Shown here one piece after another: positions 45,313 to 55,844 of a DNA stretch of 64,000 nucleotides. The DNA comes from an uncultured Planctomycetaceae bacterium (lineage in GTDB: Bacteria; Planctomycetota; Planctomycetia; Planctomycetales; Planctomycetaceae). Location of the stretch: positions 128,001-192,000 of the forward strand of contig CAWFAK010000005.1 of NCBI GenBank assembly GCA_963813715.1. The letters run 5' to 3'. The notes under the pieces were generated by a model. The model had not been told where the DNA came from. It searched no databases and saw only the letters and a list, made by a program, of their open reading frames with translations. Made by a program: the position numbers and the translations under genes. Each line of letters opens with the position of its first letter. Within the stretch, counting starts at the first letter, position 1.

Positions 45313-46743
45313 ATGATCCAAGCCAACGAACAAGCCATCCGGCAGGTCGTGCAAGAGGTGCTGGCCCAGTTGGGCAAGCGCGGAGGAGCGCCGCACGGCA
45401 GTAACGGCCACGCCAACGGCGATTGGGGCGTGTTCCGCACCGTCGACGACGCGGTGGCCGCCGCCACGCAAGGCTTCGAGCGATTCCGCGACGTGTCGAT
45501 GGAGAACCGGGCCAAGGCCATCGCCTGCGTCTATCGCATCTGCGACGAGCAGGCCGAAGAGCTGGGCCGGATGGAGCTGGAAGAGACCAAGATCGGCCGC
45601 CTCGACCACAAGATCGAGAAGCTCAAGATCGTGAAGCTCGTCCCGGGCATCGAGTTCCTCCGCTGCGACGCACGCAGCGGCGACCACGGGCTGACCATCA
45701 CCGAGTACGCTCCGTTCGGCGTGATCGGCGCGGTGACACCGGTGACACACTCGCTGCCGACGCTGGCCGGCAACGTGGTCAACATGCTGGCGGCCGGCAA
45801 CACGGTCGTCTTCAACCCGCACCCGTCGGGAGCGCGGATCGCCTGCGAAGGAGTCCGCCGCTTCAACAAAGCCATCCACCAGGCGATCGGCGTCGAGAAT
45901 CTGATCACGATCATCGGCGAGCCGACGCTCGAAACGGCCGGCCAGCTCTTCGATCACCGGGGCGTGCGACTGTTGGTGGCGACCGGCGGTCCGGGCGTGG
46001 CGAGGGCGGCGCTCGCGAGCAAGAAGCGGGCAATCGTCGCCGGGCCGGGCAATCCGCCGGTCGTGGTCGATGAAACGGCCGACATCGAAAACGCGGCCCG
46101 CTCGATCGTCCGCGGCGCGGCCTACGACAACAACCTGCTCTGCATCGGCGAAAAGGAAGTCTTCGCCGTCGAGCCGATTTTCAACGGACTGCTCGAAGCG
46201 GTCGGCCGCAACGGCGGTTTCCGTCTCAATCGCTCGCAGGTTGAGGACCTGACCAAGCTGGCCTTCGCGCCGCCGGAGAAACCGGGGGGGCACGCCGTGC
46301 TCAATCGCGATCTGATCGGCAAAGACGCGGCCGTGCTGGCCTCGCTGATCGGCGTGCGAGTCCCGGCCGACACGCAAATCCTCTACGGCGAAACCGACAC
46401 CAGCAACCCGTTCGTGCCCGAAGAGCAGATGATGCCCTTCGTGCCGTTCGTGCGGGCCCGCGACGCCATGCACGCGATCGACCTGGCCCGCGAGTTCGAG
46501 CACAACTTCAAACACACGAGCCTGATTCACTCGCGCAACGTGCGGACGATGACCATCATGGGCCGCACGATGGACACCACGCTCTTCGTCAAGAACGGCC
46601 CTTGCTCGGCGGGGCTCGGCCTGGGAGGTGAAGGCTACCTCTCGTACAGCATTGCCACGCCGACGGGTGAAGGCGTCACCAACCCGCTGACCTTCACGCG
46701 GCAACGGCGGTGCGCGATGGTCGACGACCTGCGGATTATTTGA
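45313..46743 (+). CDS. CoA-acylating aldehyde dehydrogenase (EutE/PduP family) with N-terminal encapsulation peptide
   Basis: [35 protein letters not shown] (catalytic Cys), EEQMMP and PTGEG motifs. Confidence 0.95.
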   Translation: MIQANEQAIRQVVQEVLAQLGKRGGAPHGSNGHANGDWGVFRTVDDAVAAATQGFERFRDVSMENRAKAIACVYRICDEQAEELGRMELEETKIGRLDHKIEKLKIVKLVPGIEFLRCDARSGDHGLTITEYAPFGVIGAVTPVTHSLPTLAGNVVNMLAAGNTVVFNPHPSGARIACEGVRRFNKAIHQAIGVENLITIIGEPTLETAGQLFDHRGVRLLVATGGPGVARAALASKKRAIVAGPGNPPVVVDETADIENAARSIVRGAAYDNNLLCIGEKEVFAVEPIFNGLLEAVGRNGGFRLNRSQVEDLTKLAFAPPEKPGGHAVLNRDLIGKDAAVLASLIGVRVPADTQILYGETDTSNPFVPEEQMMPFVPFVRARDAMHAIDLAREFEHNFKHTSLIHSRNVRTMTIMGRTMDTTLFVKNGPCSAGLGLGGEGYLSYSIATPTGEGVTNPLTFTRQRRCAMVDDLRII

Positions 46744-46758
46744 GACACGGAACGCGTC

Positions 46759-47037
46759 ATGCAGCTCGGTGAAGTGATCGGCCACGCGACCTCGACGGTC
46801 AAGCATCCGACGCTGCGCGGTTGGCGGATGGCCATCGTGCAGCCGCTCGACGCGCGGATGCGGCCGGACGGCGTGCCGATTGTGGCCATCGATCCGCTCG
46901 GCGGCTCGCGGGGCGACCGCGTGGTAATCAGCAGCGACGGCAAGGCCGCTCGCGAATTGATCGGAGCCGAGAACAGCCCGGCCCGCTAGCTCGTGATCGG
47001 ATTGGCGGACGGCAACACCGGAGTGCGCCAGCCATGA
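46759..47037 (+). CDS. BMC-P vertex protein 2, interrupted by an in-frame TAG at 46987-46989
   Basis: MQLGEVIGHATSTVKHP..VAIDPLGG..SDG..NSPAR*LVIGLAD. The frame continues to TGA at 47035, which overlaps the next ATG. Confidence 0.85.
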
Positions 47038-47774
47038 CGAACCCGGCGGACATGGTCGATCGCATCGTGGCCGGCGTGCTGGAGCAGCTGCAGGCTCCCG
47101 CCACCGGCACTGCCAGTGCCAATGCGACGGTCGCCACGCCCGCGATTCGTCCGGCCGCGTTTCCAGCTGCGACGGCGAACGGTGCTCTCTCGATTCCAGA
47201 CGTTGTGATCACCGCGGGCCTGCTCGAGACGCGCGGCGTCCTCTCCGGCCCGGTCGTCTTTGCCGCCAAAGCAATTCTCACTCCGTCGGCCGTCGACTTC
47301 CTGAAGAGCCGCAAGATCGCCTGGAGCAAAGCAAACAACAGTCAGTCCGGCGCCGCGGCGGCGAGCACAAGCAACGTCAGCTGGCTGGCCCTGGTCTCGC
47401 GTTCGACACCCGCCGTCGAGTCGGCACTCGATGCACTGGCTAAGCAGCCCGGCATCCACTGGCAGCGCGAGCTGGTCGGCTGCCACCGCGAGTCGGCCCG
47501 TCGGGCGGTGGCCGCGTTGTGCCGCGGCGAGTGCGACGCTGCGATCGCCGTCACGGGTAAGCCCGAATCGGTCGTCTGCCGCGCCAATCGGAATGCTCAA
47601 GTGCGGGCGGCCGCCGTCGACTCGCTCGAACAAGCCAAGCGGGCGAAACGCACGCTCGGCGCCAATCTGTTCGCGATCGACCCGGCAGAGCAATCGATGT
47701 TCGCGCTGCGAGGTCTGCTGCGGGAAATCGTCGCCGGAGGCAAACCCGTCCTGCCGTCCGATTGGAGCGAATAA
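47034..47774 (+). CDS. Conserved PV-BMC hypothetical protein (N-terminal encapsulation-like helix, RpiB-like C-terminal part)
   Basis: ADMVDRIVAGVLEQL; ILTPSAVDFL; CRANRNAQVRAA..GANL resembles the RpiB/LacAB fold. Confidence 0.7.
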   Translation: MTNPADMVDRIVAGVLEQLQAPATGTASANATVATPAIRPAAFPAATANGALSIPDVVITAGLLETRGVLSGPVVFAAKAILTPSAVDFLKSRKIAWSKANNSQSGAAAASTSNVSWLALVSRSTPAVESALDALAKQPGIHWQRELVGCHRESARRAVAALCRGECDAAIAVTGKPESVVCRANRNAQVRAAAVDSLEQAKRAKRTLGANLFAIDPAEQSMFALRGLLREIVAGGKPVLPSDWSE

Positions 47775-47808
47775 TCCGACACATGAGCGTAGAGCGAATA
47801 GTCCAACC

Positions 47809-48138
47809 ATGAGAATCGCGTTGGTGATCGGGAACGTCACGCTTTCGCAGTGGCATCCGTCGTTGACGGGGGCCGCGTGGCGAATCTGCACGCCGCTCGA
47901 CCGGGCCGCGCTCGAACGGGCCGGGCTTGACCGGGCTGCCCTTGAACAGCCGGACGAGTCCAGCAGCGAGGAGCCTTTTGTGACTTTCGACGAATTGGGG
48001 GCCGGGTTGGGCTCGCTCATCGCCGTCAGCGAAGGGGCCGAGGCTTCCGCTCCATTCCATCCCGAGGTCAAGCCGATAGACGCCTACAACGCAGCCATCC
48101 TCGACACGATCGACGTAGGACACCGAACCCATAACTAA
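47809..48138 (+). CDS. BMC-P vertex protein 3
   Basis: MRIALVIGNVTLSQWHP..FDELGAGLG..SEGAEA..PIDAYNAAILD. Confidence 0.9.
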   Translation: MRIALVIGNVTLSQWHPSLTGAAWRICTPLDRAALERAGLDRAALEQPDESSSEEPFVTFDELGAGLGSLIAVSEGAEASAPFHPEVKPIDAYNAAILDTIDVGHRTHN

Positions 48139-48142
48139 TCCT

Positions 48143-48182
48143 GGCGAGCGATCCGCCGCGGCGGATCAGCTTGCCCGTTCTC
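48143..48182 (-). repeat. Dispersed REP-like element, copy 1
   Basis: The reverse complement GAGAACGGGCAAGCTGATCCGCCGCGGCGGATCGCTCGCC matches the copies at 50302, 50391 and 59124. Confidence 0.7.
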
Positions 48183-48232
48183 AAATTTGACCAACCGGTC
48201 CACGAATCCGAACCAATTAAAAGGTCTTTAAC

Positions 48233-49174
48233 GTGATCAAAAGCAACCCGCAGCAGGCCCCGGCTTCTCCCTGGGCCGGCAAGAACGGCATGAGCCGCCT
48301 GAACGACCGCAAACTCAAAGAGCTGATCTGCGAGATCGGCCGGCGGGTTTACAACAAGGGATTTGCCGCGGCCAACGACGGCAACATTTCGATTCGCGTC
48401 GGCGAGAACGAAGTCCTCTGCTCGCCCACGATGATCTGCAAGGGCTTCATGAACCCGGACGACATCTGCGCCGTCGACCTGGACGGCAATCAGATCGCCG
48501 GCAAGCGCAAACGCACCAGCGAAATCCTGCTGCATCTGACGATCATGAAGGCCCGCCCCGACGTCGAGGCCGTCGTCCACTGCCATCCGCCCCATGCCAC
48601 CGCGTTCGCGGTCGCCGGCGAGCCCATCCCGCAGTGCATCCTGCCCGAAGTCGAAGTCTTCATGGGCGAGATTCCCATTGCGCCGTACGAAACGCCGGGC
48701 GGCCAGAAATTCGCCGACACCGTGCTCCCTTTCCTTAAAGGGACGAGCTGCGTGATCCTCAAAAACCACGGCACCGTGAGCTTCGGCAAAAACCTCGAAG
48801 AGGCGTACTGGAAGACCGAAATCCTCGACGCCTATTGCCGCATCCTGCTGCTCTCCCGGCAGCTGGGCCGCGTCGACTACTTCACCCAGCAGCAGACCAA
48901 CGAGCTGCTCGACCTGAAGAAGAAGCTGGGCTTCGACGATCCGCGGTTCCATGTCGAGAACTGCGACCTGTGTGGCAACAGCGCCTTCCGCGACGGTTAC
49001 AAGGAAACGCTCCCGCAGTCCAAGGCCTTCGAACCCGCCCCGGACTACCCGGGCTATCTCGCCAGCAGCAAGGCGGGATCGACAAGTAGCGCGCCGAGCA
49101 AGAACGGCGCGGACATCGAGGGACTCGTGAAGGTGATTACCGACCAGGTGCTGCAGGCGCTGGGGAAGAACTAA
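48233..49174 (+). CDS. Class II aldolase (fuculose/rhamnulose-1-phosphate aldolase-like) with C-terminal encapsulation peptide; alternative start at 48290
   Basis: NDGNIS, TSEILLH, VVHCHPPHATAF and LKNHG motifs; tail DIEGLVKVITDQVLQAL. Confidence 0.93.
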   Translation: MIKSNPQQAPASPWAGKNGMSRLNDRKLKELICEIGRRVYNKGFAAANDGNISIRVGENEVLCSPTMICKGFMNPDDICAVDLDGNQIAGKRKRTSEILLHLTIMKARPDVEAVVHCHPPHATAFAVAGEPIPQCILPEVEVFMGEIPIAPYETPGGQKFADTVLPFLKGTSCVILKNHGTVSFGKNLEEAYWKTEILDAYCRILLLSRQLGRVDYFTQQQTNELLDLKKKLGFDDPRFHVENCDLCGNSAFRDGYKETLPQSKAFEPAPDYPGYLASSKAGSTSSAPSKNGADIEGLVKVITDQVLQALGKN

Positions 49175-49177
49175 AGG

Positions 49178-49301
49178 GAAATGACGAAGCACGAATGACG
49201 AAAGAAGCACGAAGCCTGAAGCACTAATGAACGCGCCCTTCTTTCGGGCTTAAGTCATTCGGAAATTCCTTCGTCATTCGAGCTTCGTCATTCGTCATTT
49301 C
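49178..49301. repeat. Inverted repeat built of AATGACG(A) units
   Basis: Left arm GAAATGACGAAGCACGAATGACGAA; right arm TTCGTCATTCGAGCTTCGTCATTCGTCATTTC. Confidence 0.75.
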
Positions 49302-49373
49302 ATTCCGGTCGTGCTACCAGACTGACGGCCTGTGGCCACGCGTCGCCCGTTCCACAAAAGCGAATTCGACACC

Positions 49374-50300
49374 ATGAAAGTTGCAATTATCGGCGGAGGC
49401 GGGTTGGTCGGCTCGTGCGCGGGGTTCGCGCTGCAGGCCGGCCGGATTGTGCGAGAGATCGCGCTGGTCGACGTCAATCGCGAGCTGGCCGAGGGGCAGG
49501 CCCTCGACTTGATGCACGGCTCTTCGCTCGTCGCCGACCAGGCGATCACGGGCGGCGGCATGGAGCAGATCGCCGGGGCCGACATGGTCGTGATCACGGC
49601 CGGATTGCGGCGCAAGCCGGACGAGAGCCGGCTCGACCTGATCAATCGCAACGTCGAGCTGTTCCGTAAAATTCTGGCTGACCTCAAGGCGAACGACCTG
49701 CGGAAAGACGCGTTCGTGTTCGTCGTTTCCAATCCGGTCGACGTGCTGACGTACCTGGCGGTGAAGGAGTTGCCGCAGGGGCCGCAGCGAATCTTCGGGC
49801 TGGGAACGATGCTCGACACGACGCGGCTGCGTGGCATTCTGGCTCAGCAATTGAAGGTGCCGCCGACGCAGGTTTCGGCCATGATGCTGGGCGAGCACGG
49901 CGACAGCATGGTGGCCATCTGGTCGGCCGCGCAGATCGCCGGCCTGCCGCTCGACAAATGGCCGGGCGTCACCCCGCCGGTGATTCAAGAAGTCGAAAAA
50001 CGCACGCGGGGCAGCGGGGCGGAAGTCATCAAAAAGAAAACGGGAGCGGGCTTCGCGGTGGGCGTGTCGATCGCCGACGTGGTTCACAGCATCGCCCTCG
50101 ACCAACGCCGTATCCTGCCCGTCTCGACGCTGCAGACCGGCGCCTACCAGATCCGCGACGTCTGCCTGTCGGTGCCGACGGTCGTCGGCCGCGCCGGTAT
50201 CCTCGGCCACACCGAGATCGAACTCTGGCCGAAGGAACGGATGGGACTCACGAACTCGGCAAAGGTCCTGCGGGAGACGGTCGACAAGGTACTGCGCTAA
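49374..50300 (+). CDS. Lactate/malate dehydrogenase family protein (BMC-associated)
   Basis: IIGGGGLVG, ITAG..ESRLDL, VSNPVD, GTMLDTTR and GEHGDS motifs. Confidence 0.92.
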   Translation: MKVAIIGGGGLVGSCAGFALQAGRIVREIALVDVNRELAEGQALDLMHGSSLVADQAITGGGMEQIAGADMVVITAGLRRKPDESRLDLINRNVELFRKILADLKANDLRKDAFVFVVSNPVDVLTYLAVKELPQGPQRIFGLGTMLDTTRLRGILAQQLKVPPTQVSAMMLGEHGDSMVAIWSAAQIAGLPLDKWPGVTPPVIQEVEKRTRGSGAEVIKKKTGAGFAVGVSIADVVHSIALDQRRILPVSTLQTGAYQIRDVCLSVPTVVGRAGILGHTEIELWPKERMGLTNSAKVLRETVDKVLR

Positions 50301-50301
50301 A

Positions 50302-50429
50302 GGCGAGCGGCCGGTGTCAGCCGGCCGGTTCTCAGTCCTTATCTTCTCTTCCTGCTGCTTGTTCTCTTTTGACCGCGACAAACGTCAGAAAGAACCGGCG
50401 GGCTGATCCGCCGCGGCGGACCGCTCGCC
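50302..50429. repeat. Inverted pair of the dispersed REP-like element (copies 2 and 3)
   Basis: 50302-50333 is GGCGAGCGGCCGGTGTCAGCCGGCCGGTTCTC and 50391-50429 is AGAACCGGCGGGCTGATCCGCCGCGGCGGACCGCTCGCC; they flank a pyrimidine-rich spacer. Confidence 0.75.
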
Positions 50430-50450
50430 GGCTCGGATTGCCGACTCAAT

Positions 50451-51470
50451 ATGCAAAAATCGCTCGACCGCAAGTTGGCGGCCATTCATGCCGATCCGCA
50501 CGGGTCGAAGGAGTTCATTCTTGCCGATGCCAAGGACGCCGACATGGCGTTCGGCCTCGCCGCGCCGGGAAAGCTGAGCGAGCGAGACGGGCAAACGCGA
50601 TTCAAGTCGCTGGCTGAGTTTCGCCAAAACATCCGCAAGGTGGTCGGGCAGCAAATCGTCGACATCATGCTGATGTCGGCCAGCACCAGCGAGTTGCTGT
50701 GCCTCGAGGAGCGGCTGTTTGACGACTCGCCCGTCACGCCGGCCGTGCGGGCCAACGACGCCACCGACATCCACCTTCCCCGCGGCGGCACGATTCACAC
50801 GGAGCCGGCTCGCCCTTTCCGCACGGCAACGCTCGACCACATTCAGTGCGGCTATCTCGACTGCAGCCCCGAGGAGCGGGCCCGCGGCGTCGACCTGGGT
50901 CTCTACTCGGTGACCTTCAACAACCGCTGCGAGCTCGATCTCGTCACCGTCGAGAACTACAAAGAGTTCCGCGAAGAGGCCGAGCGGCGACGGTTCCGGC
51001 ACTTTCTCGAAGTCTTCGATCCGAACGCGCCGCAAGGCCTGACGCCCGAGCAGATTCCCGGATTCGTCAACGACATCATCGCCCGCACCCTGGCTGGAGT
51101 GACCAAGGCCGGCCGGCCGCTGTTCCTCAAGATGGCCTATCACGGGCCGCGGGCGCTGGAAGAACTCGTCAGCTACGATCCGCACCTGATCGTCGGCATT
51201 CTCGGCGGAGCGGCGGGCACCACGCTCGATGCGTTTCAATTGATCTATGAAGTCCGCAAGTACGGCGGCCGCGCGGCTCTCTTCGGGCGAAAGATCAACC
51301 AGGCCGAAGACCAGCTGCAGTTCATCGAGTTCTTGAAACTCGTGGTCGACGGCGCGGTCGGTCCGGCCGATGCTGTGCGGGCTTACCATGCGGCGCTCGC
51401 ACAGCGCGGCATCAAGCCGCACCGAGCGCTGGCCGAAGATCTCGAGCTGCGAACGCTGTCCGCGAGCTAG
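50451..51470 (+). CDS. Hypothetical TIM-barrel protein, class I (DhnA-like) aldolase-like
   Basis: Intact 339-aa ORF. FLEVF, PLFLKMAY (candidate Schiff-base Lys), ILGG and FGRKI parallel class I aldolase strand motifs. Confidence 0.55.
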   Translation: MQKSLDRKLAAIHADPHGSKEFILADAKDADMAFGLAAPGKLSERDGQTRFKSLAEFRQNIRKVVGQQIVDIMLMSASTSELLCLEERLFDDSPVTPAVRANDATDIHLPRGGTIHTEPARPFRTATLDHIQCGYLDCSPEERARGVDLGLYSVTFNNRCELDLVTVENYKEFREEAERRRFRHFLEVFDPNAPQGLTPEQIPGFVNDIIARTLAGVTKAGRPLFLKMAYHGPRALEELVSYDPHLIVGILGGAAGTTLDAFQLIYEVRKYGGRAALFGRKINQAEDQLQFIEFLKLVVDGAVGPADAVRAYHAALAQRGIKPHRALAEDLELRTLSAS

Positions 51471-51496
51471 ACGCCCCCTCGCGTTCGCTGTCGCGT

Positions 51497-52318
<822 letters not shown>

Positions 52319-52660
52319 GTCGTGTCCTCGACCGCGTTCCGGGATTCGCCGGACGAGCGGATTGTGCTGCTTTTCCGTATCGGAGCGATTGAACGGAGGA
52401 CTGAAGGCTAGCCCGCACCGCGGCCCCCCGAGGGTCAACGTATGCGACGGGCGTGCTCGACTTGTCATGAAAGCCGGTTGGCGGAGGGCGGAAGTCTGGG
52501 AAGACTGCTGAGATGGTGACGGCAGCCCAGCGAAACCGAGCCGCTCGCTCGCCGAGATTTGCGAGCGGCGGCCACCGGACATTATCGTAGATCTCGAGCG
52601 GTACAATCGTAGAGCATCTGGCCTCGAGCCCCTGCGCCCAACTCCAAAAGCGATGCGACC

Positions 52661-53352
52661 TTGATTCGAGTCGAGAACCTCAGTTTGCGCGCGGGGCATT
52701 TCGCGCTCGACTCGATCAATTTCGAGATTCCCGCCGGCCAATACGGCGTGCTGATGGGCCGCACGGGCACCGGCAAAACGACGCTGCTCGAATCACTGTG
52801 CGGCTTGCGGCAGGTCACGGCCGGGCGAATCTGGCTGGCCAACCGCGATGTCACTACGCTGAAACCGGCCGAGCGAGGTATCGGCTTCGTCCCGCAGGAT
52901 GGGGCGCTGTTTGAAACGATGTCGGTCCGCGAGCATCTCGGCTTCGCACTGTCGATTCGCAAGGCTAAGCCGCCCGTCATCACCGCCCGCGTCGCCGAGT
53001 TGGCTGAGCTGTTGGGCCTACAACACCTGCTCGACCGCCGGCCCGACGGACTGAGCGGCGGCGAACGCCAGCGCGTGGCCCTCGGCCGCGCCCTGACGGC
53101 CCGGCCCGATATTCTCTGCCTGGACGAACCGCTGAGCGCGCTCGACGACACCACCCGCGACGAAATGTATACCTTGCTCGAATCGGTCCGCGCAGAACGA
53201 GCGTCACCACGTTGCACATCACACACAACCGAGCCGAAGCCGTCCGCCTGGCCGACGTGATGCTGCTGTTGGAAAAAGGCACGATCCGCAGACTGACGCG
53301 GGACGAGCTGGCCGAGCTCGATGCGAGCAAGGACCAGGGTCGCAAGAGTTGA
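52661..53352 (+). CDS. ABC ATP-binding protein, molybdate/tungstate/sulfate-like (frameshift near 53200)
   Basis: GRTGTGKTT, LSGGERQRVA and LDEPLSALD motifs; the corrected C-terminus reads LHITHN. Confidence 0.85.
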
Positions 53353-53525
53353 AGCCGGCGGCGACGACGCGATCGATGTTGGCATCAGTTGCGACCCACA
53401 CTTTCCCAAGCCGACGGCGAGGCGGGCGCGTCGAAAAATAAGACAAGGGAATGGAGACGAAAAGGATTTAAAACGAAATCAGAAAAGAAAGACCGAAAAG
53501 ACACCGCTTACTGCGTGCGCGGCTC

Positions 53526-53939
53526 TTAAGAGTCCGCGCGATCGAGTAGCTCGAATAGCCGATCGAGAAACGGCGCCTGGTCGGGATGGATGCGCAACCG
53601 CGCTTCGTCCAGCGGCAGGAAGGCGGCCTGATCGATTTCCCAGCTAGCCGCACGCGGGGCAGCATCCGCGGGCGCTTCGCCGGCAAACGCATGCACGCGC
53701 TTGCGGCTCTTCTTGTAGTCGATCGACGAGAGGTCGCGGAGTTCGCCCGCCACCACGCCCGTCTCTTCGAGCGTCTCCCGCCGGGCCGTCTGTTCCAGCG
53801 TTTCGCCGGGATCGCCGAGGCCTTTCGGAATGCCCCACGGCGCTTTGCGGTTGTAGTTTCCCGACGCGTGCACGAGGAGGACCTCGAGCTTCCCCGATGG
53901 GCCACGCCGATAGAGCAGGGTTCCGGCCGATTCTTTCAT
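53526..53939 (-). CDS. NUDIX hydrolase
   Basis: Nudix box PKGLGDPGETLEQTARRETLEETG. Confidence 0.9.
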   Translation of the reverse strand: MKESAGTLLYRRGPSGKLEVLLVHASGNYNRKAPWGIPKGLGDPGETLEQTARRETLEETGVVAGELRDLSSIDYKKSRKRVHAFAGEAPADAAPRAASWEIDQAAFLPLDEARLRIHPDQAPFLDRLFELLDRADS

Positions 53940-53961
53940 GAGTTGATGATCCGCGGCAACT

Positions 53962-54387
53962 TCACGTCGTGAGAGATCGGCCCTCGAAGATCTTCTTGGG
54001 CAGGGTCAATTTGGCGATGCTCGGCGATCCGACCTCGAAGGTGGCGTCCTCCGTCCAAAGGATCCGCCGAGTGCGAACGTGGTGGATTTCGTTCCAGGGA
54101 ATGAACAGCGGCGGATGTCCGGCCCGAAACGGCCACATCGTCGTCAAATATATTCCGTCCAGGCCGCTGTAGATCGTCAAAGAGCTGCTGTAGTTCACCC
54201 AGCCGACGGAACCGCTTTGCCAGAGGAACCGCCGCCCCGCCGGCAAATCGGTCGCGGGGTAGAACTCGGCGAGCCGCCGCCATCCGCCCAGTGCCGCCAG
54301 GATGAAGAGGCTGACCGAAATCACCCCGAACATCAGCAGGGGGACGACGAGGATCAGCGACCAAATCACCACCACCGGATTGGCCAT
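53962..54387 (-). CDS. Hypothetical membrane protein
   Basis: N-terminal TM, then GGWRRLAEFY..HPPLFIPW. Confidence 0.7.
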   Translation of the reverse strand: MANPVVVIWSLILVVPLLMFGVISVSLFILAALGGWRRLAEFYPATDLPAGRRFLWQSGSVGWVNYSSSLTIYSGLDGIYLTTMWPFRAGHPPLFIPWNEIHHVRTRRILWTEDATFEVGSPSIAKLTLPKKIFEGRSLTT

Positions 54388-54440
54388 TGAGTTGACGGAA
54401 CCTCATGAACTCACGGGGAGCAACAAATGCGCCGGCTCCG

Positions 54441-54959
54441 TCAGCGAAGCTGCACGGGAACGAGGCTGCAACTCTTCGCGTAGCCGAGCGCCCGCTTGAC
54501 GGTCGGCGGGATGCGGCTGCTGGCAATCGCATAGGAAAGTTCGATCAAGCCCCGCTCGCCGTAACGTTGCCGCAACGTGTCCCGCAGGCCGTCGTCTTCG
54601 TCGCTCGCATTGAGCACCGACTGGGCGAACCGCAGCACGTCGGCCAGCTCGGGCGTCAGCGAGTCGGTCTCGCCTGCCAGCACGGTCCGAATCAGCTGCG
54701 GGTCAACGCCGCTTTGCCGGGCCAGGTTCACGCCGATCTGCAGGCAGGTGCCGCAATCTTCGTGCTGCAGCGCGGCGATCGACGCCACGAACCAGGCGTC
54801 CCGCGGCAGCACCTTGCGACTGTTGGCGAACGGCATGATGCTGGCAAAACGAAAAAACATCCCCGGCGAGACGTCGACGATGTGGCGAATGTACTCCACC
54901 GACTCGCCCAGTTTTTTCTCCTCGGCGTTGAGTTTGCGTTTAATCAGCCACCGCAGCAT
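54441..54959 (-). CDS. AhpD/carboxymuconolactone-decarboxylase-like protein
   Basis: GGAGG RBS; HEDCGTC CxxC motif in a helical CMD-like context. Confidence 0.7.
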   Translation of the reverse strand: MLRWLIKRKLNAEEKKLGESVEYIRHIVDVSPGMFFRFASIMPFANSRKVLPRDAWFVASIAALQHEDCGTCLQIGVNLARQSGVDPQLIRTVLAGETDSLTPELADVLRFAQSVLNASDEDDGLRDTLRQRYGERGLIELSYAIASSRIPPTVKRALGYAKSCSLVPVQLR

Positions 54960-55261
54960 GGGCACCTCCCCGAAACAGATCGTGCGTGGAGGACAGTTCA
55001 CATCCCGATCGGACAAAATGCATCTATGCGAAGTGTCCCGTCCCACCAAGGGTTCCGTCCAGCGCTCGGGTGCCACTAGGTGCCATTGGCGGGAGCTTTG
55101 GCCCGCCAGTTCTCTCCGAGACATGCACAGTCGGACGACATTGACGTCTCAATCGGCGTTGCTGAAGTGATCGACCACATCGTCAGTCGGTTGCCGTGAC
55201 TGGCGTGGATTAAAATGGGTGGGAAACTCCCACCCAATTGGGAAGGCCGTCCGCACCACTC

Positions 55262-55828
55262 ATGCCACGATATTTCGCCGCACTAACGCTCGTGCTCGTC
55301 GTCGGACTGGTGTTGTCCCGCGTCTTCATGATGAGGCGACGCGGCATCCGGGCGATGCGCTTCGGGCAGCTCGACAAGCGGGACTTCTTGATCCCGCCGT
55401 TCGCGTTCTTCTACTTCTATCTCGTCTTCGCCGCCGCGTTCGGCCTCCCCACCGTTAGCCGGCAAGAGTTCTTCGATTCGGAAGTCGTCGCCTGGATCGG
55501 CGTGCTGTTTTGCCTGGCCGGCGTGGTGGGCTTGGCGTGGAGCCTCGTCTCGTTCGGCCGCAGCTTTCGCGTCGGCATCGATACCGAGCAACCGGACAAA
55601 CTGATCACGACGGGCATCTTCCGCCTCAGCCGCAATCCGATCTACGTGGCCTTCGCCTTCGTGCTGATCGGCCAGTTCCTGATCTTCCTCAACTGGATCC
55701 TGCTGGCCTATCCGCTCGCCGCGAGCTGGCTGGTCCATCGCCAGGTTCTGCTTGAGGAGCATTATCTCAAGAGTCACTACGGCCAGGAGTACGCCGACTA
55801 TTGCCGCCGCGTCCGGCGGTATTTGTGA
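55262..55828 (+). CDS. Isoprenylcysteine carboxyl methyltransferase (ICMT/PEMT) family membrane protein
   Basis: LITTGIFRLSRNPIY..EEHYL..YG.EY..YCRRVRRY. Confidence 0.85.
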   Translation: MPRYFAALTLVLVVGLVLSRVFMMRRRGIRAMRFGQLDKRDFLIPPFAFFYFYLVFAAAFGLPTVSRQEFFDSEVVAWIGVLFCLAGVVGLAWSLVSFGRSFRVGIDTEQPDKLITTGIFRLSRNPIYVAFAFVLIGQFLIFLNWILLAYPLAASWLVHRQVLLEEHYLKSHYGQEYADYCRRVRRYL

Positions 55829-55844
55829 CGACGATGACGGGTCG

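Noticed and set aside
53432..53502. Purine-rich tract between convergent genes as a functional element
   Set aside because: No clear hairpin or repeat; insufficient evidence.
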